From a virus: DNA of 64,000 nt. Below the pieces are notes generated by a model. It was given only the letters and a program-made list of their open reading frames with translations. It made no database searches and was not told the DNA's origin. The position numbers were made by a program, and so were the translations under genes. Location of the stretch: positions 1 to 64,000 of IMG/VR virus record IMGVR_UViG_3300014720_000019; one strand, 5' to 3'. Numbering within the stretch: position 1 is the stretch's first letter; each line of letters begins with the position of its first letter. Positions 18,231 to 29,800 of the stretch are shown here, in pieces.

Positions 18231-18435
18231 AGTATTCTTAATAGGCTCCACTTTAGAACAGGCCCAACAAATAGAAGAACTAATAGATTTATATGGAGAT
18301 GATTGGTCTCAAGTGTATAAGGATCTAATCACTAAGAAGACATTAGAAAGCACTTATACAAAGGATGTAAAAGAAGTATGTACTAATAATATAACACCTT
18401 GTAAATGTAGGGATAAACATAATGTTTGCGGCTAG
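18109..18435 (+). CDS. Hypothetical protein (start probably near 18214)
   Basis: Fills gap before PAAR gene; 5' part overlaps previous ORF. Confidence 0.5.
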   Translation: MLKFLRNFKELCLLLAQVNIERQSKVFLVESPHLILTLNPKVFLIGSTLEQAQQIEELIDLYGDDWSQVYKDLITKKTLESTYTKDVKEVCTNNITPCKCRDKHNVCG

Positions 18436-18718
18436 GATATTAGACACATGTTGTGGATTAATAGGCCCCTCTTGTGGATCATGTGGAGGGCCTTTTTCAT
18501 ATGGATGTGGCGCACCAATATGCACAGGATCATCTACATTTATAGTAGACACATTACCAGTAGCAAGACTAACAGATTTAACTTATGTTGGACCCATCAT
18601 ATCAACCACCAACACAACAGTATTAGCAGACAACTTACCAATTGCCACATTACTAGATACTACCTCATGTGGCTACATACAACAAACAACTAATACAACA
18701 TTTCTAGTACTTAGTTAA
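18422..18718 (+). CDS. PAAR-repeat spike-tip protein
   Basis: 98 aa with three PAAR-like motifs (FAAR, PVAR, PIAT), Cys residues, TGSSTFIV strand. Confidence 0.8.
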   Translation: MFAARILDTCCGLIGPSCGSCGGPFSYGCGAPICTGSSTFIVDTLPVARLTDLTYVGPIISTTNTTVLADNLPIATLLDTTSCGYIQQTTNTTFLVLS

Positions 18719-18747
18719 GGAATACACATACTTATATAAAGAACAAT

Positions 18748-19569
18748 ATGACCACAATATACACACCAATACCACAAACAATATCTAAATTTATTCCTGG
18801 TCTAAATAAACAACAAGTAGTATCAACTCAAACAGTTAATAATAACAAACAAATAACATATAGAAGTTTTAAAGTATACTCATTTCCTAATATTAATGCT
18901 AAGAACATAAGATTAGTAGATCTAGGTTATTACAGTCCTGTTTACAAATCATCATCTTATTATGAGATAACACAAGAGTTTATTATTGATACCTACTCAT
19001 CAACACAAGAACTAATAAACAACAAAGTACAGCCCTCATTTTACACATGGGAACAAACAACAACACATTTAAATTATATAAGACAGCTTGCTAACACAGA
19101 AGCTCTTAAAGTTACATGGACACCCCCTATAACACAAGAACAAATACAACAATTAGAAACGCCTCTTACACCACAGCAACTAGAACAATACTTACAACCA
19201 TTTAGCATACAAGTAGGAGATGTGTATGGGGTGTCAATACCGTCTAATTGTACAGTGCTTGAGCCTCTTAATTTAGATGCAAACCTACTAATAAATGTTA
19301 ACACTATAAAGATAAAACCTCTAGCTTTACAGCCTTTAATATTCTCTTTTAGAGGAGTAGAAGTTATATCATATGAGTTACCAATAAAATCCATCACTGA
19401 TAATCCTAAACTAACATATGCAAAAACACTATTAGACCCACCAAAAGTGCCTCCTAATGTTAGTGGTATATATACAGATTTCCCCTCATTAGATGAGACT
19501 CCTCTAAACAACTATAGTCAGAGAAGAAACAGAACAACCTCTATAATAGCTACACCTACAACAACATAG
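18748..19569 (+). CDS. Hypothetical (possibly baseplate-related) protein
   Basis: 273-aa ORF following PAAR. Confidence 0.75.
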   Translation: MTTIYTPIPQTISKFIPGLNKQQVVSTQTVNNNKQITYRSFKVYSFPNINAKNIRLVDLGYYSPVYKSSSYYEITQEFIIDTYSSTQELINNKVQPSFYTWEQTTTHLNYIRQLANTEALKVTWTPPITQEQIQQLETPLTPQQLEQYLQPFSIQVGDVYGVSIPSNCTVLEPLNLDANLLINVNTIKIKPLALQPLIFSFRGVEVISYELPIKSITDNPKLTYAKTLLDPPKVPPNVSGIYTDFPSLDETPLNNYSQRRNRTTSIIATPTTT

Positions 19570-19573
19570 TTTT

Positions 19574-20059
19574 ATGAATGAAGAGTCCTTGTTATTAAAT
19601 CCCATAGACAATGATTTTAAAGACTACAAGTATCACACAGAAACAGTAGAGCAGTTATCACTATTCCCCAACTACAAGTTTGTAGATCCTAATCCTGAGT
19701 ACATACCTCCCAAATATGATGGTAGATACAAGAGAAAGAGGAAGGTACTAGCCCTAATTAACCCTGCTATATACAGACAGATATATCACAAGAAGACATA
19801 TAGAAATGACAAGTCAATTACTATTCCTATCAACTTATACAACAATCTAATAACACTTAACCCTTACAGAAACAATCCAAGAGTAATAATATACTTTTTA
19901 TATAACTATTACATCCTATCTAAGCCCATATATTTAAAAGAGCTAAGAGATAGGATAAAGACAAGAGTAAAAGAGGGGCCAGACTTTGTATTTCTATTAG
20001 AACTAAGAAGGCTATATTATGACTTAGAACAAATATTAAAACAGACTAAATACTTATAA
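19574..20059 (+). CDS. Hypothetical basic protein
   Basis: 161-aa ORF. Confidence 0.75.
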   Translation: MNEESLLLNPIDNDFKDYKYHTETVEQLSLFPNYKFVDPNPEYIPPKYDGRYKRKRKVLALINPAIYRQIYHKKTYRNDKSITIPINLYNNLITLNPYRNNPRVIIYFLYNYYILSKPIYLKELRDRIKTRVKEGPDFVFLLELRRLYYDLEQILKQTKYL

Positions 20060-20098
20060 ACACAGATTAAATTAAAACATATTATACAAACTAAACAA

Positions 20099-20452
20099 AT
20101 GAGACAAGGCTATCTAATAATAGAAACACCAACGGATGAAGAAGACATATCATCCATCAAACAACTAATAGAAGATGATGAGGATTGTGATGATGTTACA
20201 ATTGAAGAGCAAGGAAACAAGTTAGTACTTTGTATTCAATATGAGGACATAGAAGAGGTAGCACAGATAGCCTCTAATATAATTTATAATTGCATCAGTA
20301 CAGGTATATACAACATACATATAAACTACTGTGGAAAAGAGACTAACACCTATACAAATAGAAATACTAAAGGAGCATATAGCAGTCTATCAAGTAACAA
20401 CGGTAGAGGCACCTCCTTTGATAGTTATATCAGAAGCTCACTCACTATATAA
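20099..20452 (+). CDS. Hypothetical acidic protein
   Basis: 117-aa ORF. Confidence 0.7.
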   Translation: MRQGYLIIETPTDEEDISSIKQLIEDDEDCDDVTIEEQGNKLVLCIQYEDIEEVAQIASNIIYNCISTGIYNIHINYCGKETNTYTNRNTKGAYSSLSSNNGRGTSFDSYIRSSLTI

Positions 20453-20636
20453 GAATAAACAATGGGGCCATATAAACTTACCCGCTAATGTAGACTTATT
20501 TGAAGTAAGAGTGACTATATACACAATACATGGAGAACATATAGAAATGGCATCAGAGATATGTAATAAGACAACAGTAAAGAACAGATTAAACTACATA
20601 CCACTTAAACTAAAGGCTCAACTAGTATCAATCTAG
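20331..20636 (+). CDS. Hypothetical protein
   Basis: 101-aa ORF with GTG start, overlapping the previous ORF. Confidence 0.6.
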   Translation: MEKRLTPIQIEILKEHIAVYQVTTVEAPPLIVISEAHSLYKNKQWGHINLPANVDLFEVRVTIYTIHGEHIEMASEICNKTTVKNRLNYIPLKLKAQLVSI

Positions 20637-20646
20637 TTGAGCCTTT
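20612..20646. terminator. Bidirectional terminator-like hairpin between convergent genes
   Basis: aaaggctcaactag...ctagttgagccttt. Confidence 0.7.
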
Positions 20647-20678
20647 CAGTATTAATAATCTTATAATTACCTACAATA

Positions 20679-20876
20679 CTACTCATAAACAACCTTGCCA
20701 ATACTATAATCAAACACCCTATATTTGCCCCTTCTATTAGTCTTTGTATTATATTTATAGAAGCCTTCAACTAACTCAATAAGACCATCTATATTGTGAT
20801 TACCAATATTATCATGTGCTAACCAATGACCCTCATATAGTTCTTGCACTTTATACATAACCTTCTTGTCCTCCAA
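20679..20876 (-). CDS. Small hypothetical protein
   Basis: 65 aa, overlaps stop of giant gene. Confidence 0.6.
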   Translation of the reverse strand: MEDKKVMYKVQELYEGHWLAHDNIGNHNIDGLIELVEGFYKYNTKTNRRGKYRVFDYSIGKVVYE

Positions 20877-23800
20877 CTAAATACGTCTCATTATTACCAT
20901 CCCACATCCTTTCAATGTCATTATCTGTGACCCAAACACCAATAACAATAGGAGGTATATCCAACTTATCATCAAACTCAACAAAGCCACTACCTTGTGG
21001 ATCTCTTTCAGCCTCAGCAATAGCAATACCACTATCAATCATACTACTGTTTAGACCATCAATCATCTTATTTAAGCTAGTATCACCCTGATTAAACTTA
21101 TTTCTAGCAATGCCTCCTACATTTTGAAATACACTATCCAACATGTTAGCAACAATCGCACCAACAAAGCTACCTAATATAGCACTAGTACCACTCTCCA
21201 TAATAGGAACATTATTCTTAACAAGAGGCGCTACTATATTCCTATTAAATATATCTGTTAGCTTAGGAGTGACATAACTACCAACTAATCCCATTGACAA
21301 TTCAGTGCTAACACCCTTAGCAACACTAACAGTCCAATCCTCGTTAGGATCATTATAAGCCTTACTTCTAAATATGGCCCCAGCAACATTAGCAGGTCCT
21401 TTACCATGAGGCATGTTAAAGCCCATCAAACTAATAGTACTGCCAATAATACCTGCTGGATCTAAACCCGCTTCATCCTTACTAGTACCATATATAGCAC
21501 CACCTATTAAACTCAATAAGGCAGGACCAACAATATTAAAAGCACCATCAGCAACTTTACCCTTCAACTGAGCAACAGTAGTACCATCATTACCTCTATA
21601 AACTTGTTGTGGTTTAAAGTAGTCTTTATTCTCAGTCAACCCACCTAACAAGTCATTAGTTATTATGTTATCAATAATCTCTTTTCTATCTGGCTCAGAA
21701 TATCCAACACCACTATAAGCATTTTCAATCTCAGCTCTAATCTTCTTATGTTGAATGTTAGATATGTCACCACTAGCACTCATAGCAGCAGCCACCTCAC
21801 TAATAGCTTGCAGTTTAAATCCCTGACTAGTTTTCTTAGTTTGTCTCTCAATCAAATCACCAACCTTCTCTTTATAAGACAAAGTATCCCCCAAGCCAAT
21901 CTCATGAGTAATTTCAATCTGTCTAAGATGTTTAAACATGTCACCCATCTCTCTAGCACTATCCTCATCACCGCTAAAGTTAGATAACATCTTAGCCATA
22001 GCATCAGCATTAGTCATATTAGGATCATGAACAGCTTTAAACAATCTAGTCATAACATTATTACCTTCAGTGCCCAACTTACCTTGTGCTGCCAACCTAT
22101 AAGCCGCATTAAACAAGTCACTACCTAATAAGTTAGTACCACTCTCATAAAACTTACCACTAATGTTACCCTGCATGGTTTGAGCCGCCTTATTAATATG
22201 GACAAACCTATCTAAACCATTACCATAATCACCCATTAACGTTTTAGTTTGAGTGATACTAGTATGATGAGTTAATAGTAACAGTGAAGCAGTAGTTAGA
22301 CCATTACTACCTTCTCTAACAGTGTTTAAACTGCTAACATCTATGCCTTTAATATCACCACCTAAATGATCACTTAACATGGTAGTAAAGACCCCACCAT
22401 CATTAAATCTAATCATCTCAGCAGCAAACTTATTCATCTGATCAGCTAACAACTTATTTCTATGACTGTCAGACATGTTACCCTTATCATTGAAGTGATT
22501 AACACTATCAACAACATTGAACAACTCATTAACACTTCTAACAGCAGTATTATCCTTATCTCTACCCATAGCTTGTTCTGCCAATACCAACATAGTTCCT
22601 CTAACATTGGTATCACCTAAGAAGCCATATAAGCCTTGAGCAACAACACTTTCTAAAGCTCTATTACTGACCGCCTTATTACTAACTTTTAATCTCTTAT
22701 TACCTCTATCATCCTTATCTAGTGTAATCTCACCAAAGTTCTTCTCAAAGTTAAACATGGTGGTAATACTTCTAAGACCACTAGCAACCTTATATCTAAT
22801 AAGAGCATCCTCACTACCATCTGTTAGACTCTCAGCAACAAGTCTCTCATTACTACCTTCTAATAGACCATATTCAACCGCATCACCATACTTACCAGTA
22901 CCTCTAGTAATCATCATATTTAAGTCCATTAGAGCCTTCATACCACCACCAGGACCAATACTGGAAGCCATACTGTCAATTATCTCCTTCCTCTTAACCT
23001 CATCAGCACCAACATACTCTTGACTCTTCATCTCCAAACTAGCCATAACAGACTTAGAATCACCCTTTAGCTTAATACTATCTCTAAGCATTTGTTGTAT
23101 GGCTTCATTCCAACCCTGTAACTTCTGAGCCTTATTATAAGCATTTCTCAACTTACCAACAAAGTCAGTACCTTTACCACTACCATTACTATTAATTAGA
23201 TTGCCAGTACTACCATCAACGTCAGTCATATTCATCTGTTGTTCTATCTGATCAAATTGACCCTCTAACATGTGATGTAAGCTTACAATAGGACTATCAG
23301 CAACAAAGGTGCCTAACAACGTATTATAAGTTCTACCTAGCACATCATTACCCGCTTTACCCAACGTCCTAGTAAGAACATCATAGGTGCTATCTTCAAT
23401 GCCAATGCCTAAGCCACTGCCCATAACCTTCTTCAAAGCATCATTACTCTTACTAGTAGCATCTAACTTAGCAACTAATCTACTAAAGTATGTAGTAGCA
23501 TCCACCGCATTATCACTATTATTAATACTATTACTACTATCTTGTAACTCCTCCCAAGACTTCCTCATAGCATCCTTTAAAGTGTCATTCAACTCACCCT
23601 GCAAGCTACTATCATAGGTATTACTAAGCTCTGACATGAAGAGCGCCTTATAAATGCTATCAGCGTGTTTACTATCATCCATCTTATCAATAAACTCACC
23701 AATAGACTTCTTATCAAATATAAGACCAGTAGCAGTGCCACTACCCTTTGTAACATTTAACAAGTTATCTACAGCAGTTGTCATATAACTACTAACACCT

Positions 23801-26800
23801 TGTAGACCGCCATATAAACCTCTACCTTGTTCAAGCATCACAGCCATAGAACTGATATCTATTGTCTTATCTCTAAAGCCCCCCTCACTAGCACCTACAA
23901 AGAACCTACTATCAACGCCCATATAAGAGGCCACATCTTTTGCCATCTTAGCCTGATTAGTACTACTAGTAACATCAAGTTGTAAGCCCTTTAAAGCTAA
24001 AGCATCATTTACTAGTTGCTTCTCATCCTTAGCAATAGCCTTTTGTATCTTACTATAATCATCAGTAGACATCATTCTATTAACAAGTTTATCCTTATTA
24101 ACCTTAATAGATAGCTCCATATCATTGATGCTATTCATCTTCTCAGTGATCTTATGTAACAGAGTTATATAGTTATCACCATCAAAGTCACCAAGATTAC
24201 TAGTAAGAAAGGATAGACCATTAAACATTGCTAGACTCTTACTTCTATCAACGTCAAACTTAACAATATTATTAGCCTCATCAACCTTAATATTGTCAAC
24301 CATCTTATTAAACTCATCCACACCTCTAATGCTCATCAGCGTTGCTAGATGTGGCTCCGTTGAACCAAAAGGAGCAGATCTCCAGCTTTGATTCTGCATA
24401 TTATCTAATTGACTAAACCTGTTATAGGCCATACCAACTTCCATCAAAGCATAGTGTAAGAACTGAGTACTAGTATTACCCTTATTCTTATAATCATTAA
24501 CCTGATCTCTTATACTTGTTAGATGACCAATAAGGGTGCCACTAGTATTAGTACCAACACCCAACAATTTTCTATTAAACTGTGTTAAATACTCTTCTTG
24601 TCTAGATCTTGGCTTCTTATTGTCCTTAGCAGTTGGAGCAAAGTTATCAATGAAGTCACCTAACAGATCAATCCTCTTAGTTATATACTCACTAACAAAT
24701 GAGGCCTTCTCTTCAAAGGTTGCACTAGTATCATTTAACAAGTCTCTAATGCTAGTAGTAGCTTGTTGGTATACTGTGTGCTTACCTCTCATAGCACCTT
24801 CTAATTCTTTACCATACTGATTAATAAGATCTAATCCCATGCTATAGTCTCTATTTGGTCCATTATGAATAAAGTCTCTAATCTCATGATTATTGCCAAG
24901 ATAGACCGCCTCTTGAAACTTATTTTTCTTCATCCACTTATTAATATCACCAACAACAGATGGCTTCTCAATCTTAATCTTTGCAAACTGTAAGTTAGCC
25001 AATACATAACTAGCAACGTATGCCTGATCATATGCACCAGTATTATCCAACTCCGCTCTAACTCTATCCCTAGACTCTCTAGCATTCTTAATAGCAGCGT
25101 CAATCCATTTAGTATCAATGGGCTGTCCCTTCTGTGCCCTGTTAACCAACTCATGAGCATGAGCAATAGTACCAATTCTATGTTGTAGTTCTAATGAGGC
25201 AAGATTAGACATACCTCTTACTAGCATTTGTCTTTGATAGTCTAATACAGTACCTAATGATTTAGTAAACTCACCAACTAACTTATCCTTGTTATACTTA
25301 CTAATATCACCAGTCAGCTTATCACCCATATTGACATAATTAAGATGCGCCTCAGCAGTGACATTAAACAGTTGTTGTCTAATATAAGCAACACCCTCTG
25401 GAGCCCCATATCTCTCATTAACAAATTGAGGCATAACGTTCATGTTAGCAGCTATAGACATATTAGGAATAGGAGTACTAACATAACCATCAAACTCAGT
25501 CCCATGACCCGCCATAGCCTTCTGTACTAAGGTGTCACTACTAGCTTGAATAATGCTTGTCATCAACTCATCACCTAAGTTATAAAACTTATTAAGCATT
25601 AGAGTTTCTTCTCTACTCAAATTAACATTAAACATGACACTACCATTCTGCGCCTTTTTAGCCTTACTCAGTTTAATTAGTAAATCATTCTCAGCAGTAC
25701 CAGGAGTAAAGTAGCTATACATGTTAATACTTCTACCAACGATCTCACTAACAAAGTCACCAAAGCTGCTACCAATTTGATTTAACAACTCAGCACCAGG
25801 CATAAACATATACTTACTTCTAGTACTGCTAAACACATAGTTATAATCACCAGTAGCACTATCCATCATAGGATCACCTATAACTTCAGGCATTAGTATA
25901 TTGGCAGTAGTATTACCCATTTCCATCAACATCTTTAGCTTGGGTTGAGTAATATCAGTACCCATACCTTTACTCTGTTCCAAGTTATATCTAATAGCTT
26001 CTCTCTTTAAATCTTCAACAATACTAATAGCAACATTCTTAGTTCTAACAGTATAGCTATTAGGATCATCCATCTTATTATTTAAAACCTTATCAGCATA
26101 CACCGCCTCAGCCAGTGTCATACTGCCTTCTATAAAGTATTGTTCAGCTTTACTAGCATCAAAGCCCTCTCTAATACTAGCCTTATATATCTTCTTATAT
26201 TCACTCATTAGCTGCTTACTATTACTATCAGCGCTATAGTAAACACCTAAGAACTTCTTACCATAGAAGCCACTAACAATGGTTTGATCTAAAGCATCAA
26301 CAGCATTAATACTGTCTAAGTACTCCTTACTATCGGCCATACCAACACTAATAGCACCAATATCACTAGCAGCAAATATAGTGCCTAAGACATAGGCTAA
26401 GTTACCCTTATTACCAGTTCTAGTAAACTGTTTAGTCTGAGCTTCTAATGGTGTCAATAGATGTTGTATTTCCGTCTTAGCTCTTAAGTTTTTACCTAGG
26501 GGATCTTTATTAGCAGAGGGTAAAACATTAATAGCAAGAGCAACAGCATAGTTCTGTTGTAAGTATATCCCCATCATCTCAGCCAACTTATCCTTCTCTT
26601 GATTAGACATGTTAAAGGCATTACTCTGACCACCCAAAGCAGCAGCAATTTCAACCAATGGATCATTAGTCTGTCTACCAATTAACTTGCCTTCATCATC
26701 TCTAATACCCATCTTAAATAGCCAATCAGTGACAACACTAATATCACCCTTTTGATTCTTCAATTGACCAAACATGTCAATAGCAGTTAACAGTGCTGTT

Positions 26801-29800
26801 ACACCCTTGGTATACATGTCACTACTATTAATAACATAAGCCTTATCTTTACTAGAAGAGTCATACAAGACATCACTAACATATCTTTGTAATAGCTCGT
26901 CCAAATTACCACCACCAGTTGTCAACGCCTCATTAATAGCATTAGTCAACTCACCATTATTCATAATGAACTGAGGAATTGAACCAAATATATTATCCTT
27001 AGAACCACTCTTATTACCCTTAAGAATGTTTTGCATCTCCAACATTCTCAGATATGTGCCATACTGACCACTTAAAGCTTCTCTATGATATGCTTTAACA
27101 GCCTTATCATTTCTCTGTCTAGCATCTCTATCTTCAATTCTATTACCCTTATTATCAAACATGCTTTTAGTTATGTCTAAACCAAACTGACTAACTAAAG
27201 CCATAGCTAACATCTTCTTATCCTGTCTAACTAAAACTTCAGCCACTCTTTGTTTAGCCCCATTAACTTCAACATCCCTTGTTAATAGAACACCACCATG
27301 ACCAACAAAGAAGCCACTCTTTAAGTTATTAGGATTAACAAGACCATACACATCAGACAAGCCAACATTCATCTTATTAAAACTACTAACACCAACTGTT
27401 GACTTATCAGTGCTATAACCCAATGCTTGTTTAAATGAGCTATACAACTTACTAAACTGACCACCATCTAAGAAGGCAGCAACACCCTTAAACAACAAAG
27501 CAGCAGCAGTACCTTCTTGTCTTCTACTACTACCAGCTCTAATCATATTCAAAGGAGTAACTTCAAAGACAATCTCATTAGTAGGACCACTTCCACCCTC
27601 TCTAACCTTAGCCTTTAATATATATTGAACTGAATCCTCACCAGGTCTATTACTAGTAGATCTTTGTTTAACACTAGCAACAGGCTTACCAAATAGACTA
27701 AAGTTTTCTATTTGACCTATCAAGTAATCACTAGAACCAGTACCACCAACATAGGTGTTACCAATTACTCTATTACCTCTACTATCTTCTGTGTATTGAA
27801 CAACCTTGTTATATATTCTATCATATATAAAGGTGTCTCCATCCTTAATAACAAAGCCATCACTAGCCAGTTGTTCTCCACTCAATCTAACCTCACCAAC
27901 ATACGTTCTAGTATCAAGCATACTAGCCTTAATACCAGTAGTAGTTGGACTAGGAGCCGCCGCATAATACTTAGTTCTAAAGTTAGGATTAAGATAAAAA
28001 TGATCACTGTAGCCACCATTCAACTGTAATATCATAAACTGTGGCTTATCTCTTCTACCTCCAATCATACTACCCAACTCATTAGGATTGGTCATACTTT
28101 GATTGATCATTTTTAATCTAAACATATAGTTGAGGGCCATCCTACTCTCCTCATCTAGCTCCTGATCAAACTGACTAAACAGCTCTCTTCTCTGCTCAAC
28201 AACATTATTATAAGCACTCTCACTTAACACTGATCTAACATCAGTGTCAAACATAGTACCAAGGTTTACCTCCTCAGCACTTAAATAATTCTGTATAAAC
28301 TTCTTAGCTTGGTCATCCTTATCACTATTACCTAATAAACCAACCAACCTATCAACATAGCTCTTAACAAGTCTCTGTTTATCCCTCTTAAAACTACTTA
28401 GAGTTTCACCAGTTAATAATGTATTAGCAGCCTCCTCACTAACCTCATACAACAATCTACTACCTAGTGCATTCTTAATACGCTGTGCAATCTGTGCTGG
28501 CTTATTAGGATCTAAGTTAAACAGTATGCCCTTATCATCCTCCTTCATACCAAGTTCTTGCATGATATAACCAGCATCAACATCACCAAACTTAGCCTTT
28601 AATCTTTGCTTACTTATGAGAGTACCAATACCAGTACCTTCTAATATCTCAACACTATTTCTATCAGTTGGAAACTTATTTCTAATACCAAATGTCTCTA
28701 ATTGGTATCCATCTTTACTTTGAGTTGAAACGCCCTCAGCAACACCACTTAAATAGTATCTAGGACTGCCCTCCATATCAACGCCAAAGCCACTATAGAC
28801 ATCAACATCTCTTGCAAATGTTCTAGCCCATCTAAGTATTCCCATCAACTCATTACCACTAGATTGAGCCATCTTAATCATATCAATGGCTCTATTATTA
28901 CCACTATCCAAGCTATATAGCTGATTCTTACTAGCAGCAACACCCGCTCCATAAGTAATAGCTTGGTGAAAGCCTAAGAATGGTTCTAACATCGTTCTTG
29001 ATAGCTCTCTCATCTGACTATTTAAATCATTCTCAATGTTAAAACCACTATTACTTCTAAGAACTTCTAGTGATAGATCTTCATAGCCTTGCTGACCTAA
29101 TAGACTACCTAACTGACCAATAACTCTTTCAACATCACTACCACTACTAGCACTTCTTAGAGCCTCTACTTGTTTTATTAATACTAATCTACTATAAGGA
29201 TCAATACCAGCCATAGCTCTAGTATTATCAAGATAGCTAACACCCATAGTATTAAATCTACCTTCTAACTCACTAGCTAATCTCTTGTGTTCTCCCCTTT
29301 CAAATAAGTAGTTACTATACTCACTACTATTAGTATAAGCACCACCTCTCATACTACTAAGAACATCTCTCTTAATACCTAGGATAGAAGTAGTAAAATC
29401 AAACACAAGACTAACTCTATCAGCCTCACCAACCCCAACCAATCTACTAGCTGGATTAGTAATACCTTGTCTATATGCCATCTCCCCAATCATAGTTGCA
29501 AAGATGCTAGTAGTATTATCAATGCTAGACATCTCCACTGATTGACCAGTGTTTAGTTGGCCCTTTGTAAACATCCAATCAATAGCTTGACCACTATTAT
29601 TAGTAAAGTTGCTATTGTATATCAACTTACCTTCCTTCTGGAAGAAAACAGGACCAGGTTGATTGTTAGTACCTTGTAACATGCCCAACGTATATGTCAA
29701 TCTACCAGTACTTAGATTCATACCTAACATGCCACCAACATTAATACTAACTTCCAACATTAAAGGGGTGCCAAATCTATCATACTTTCTAGTAATAGAC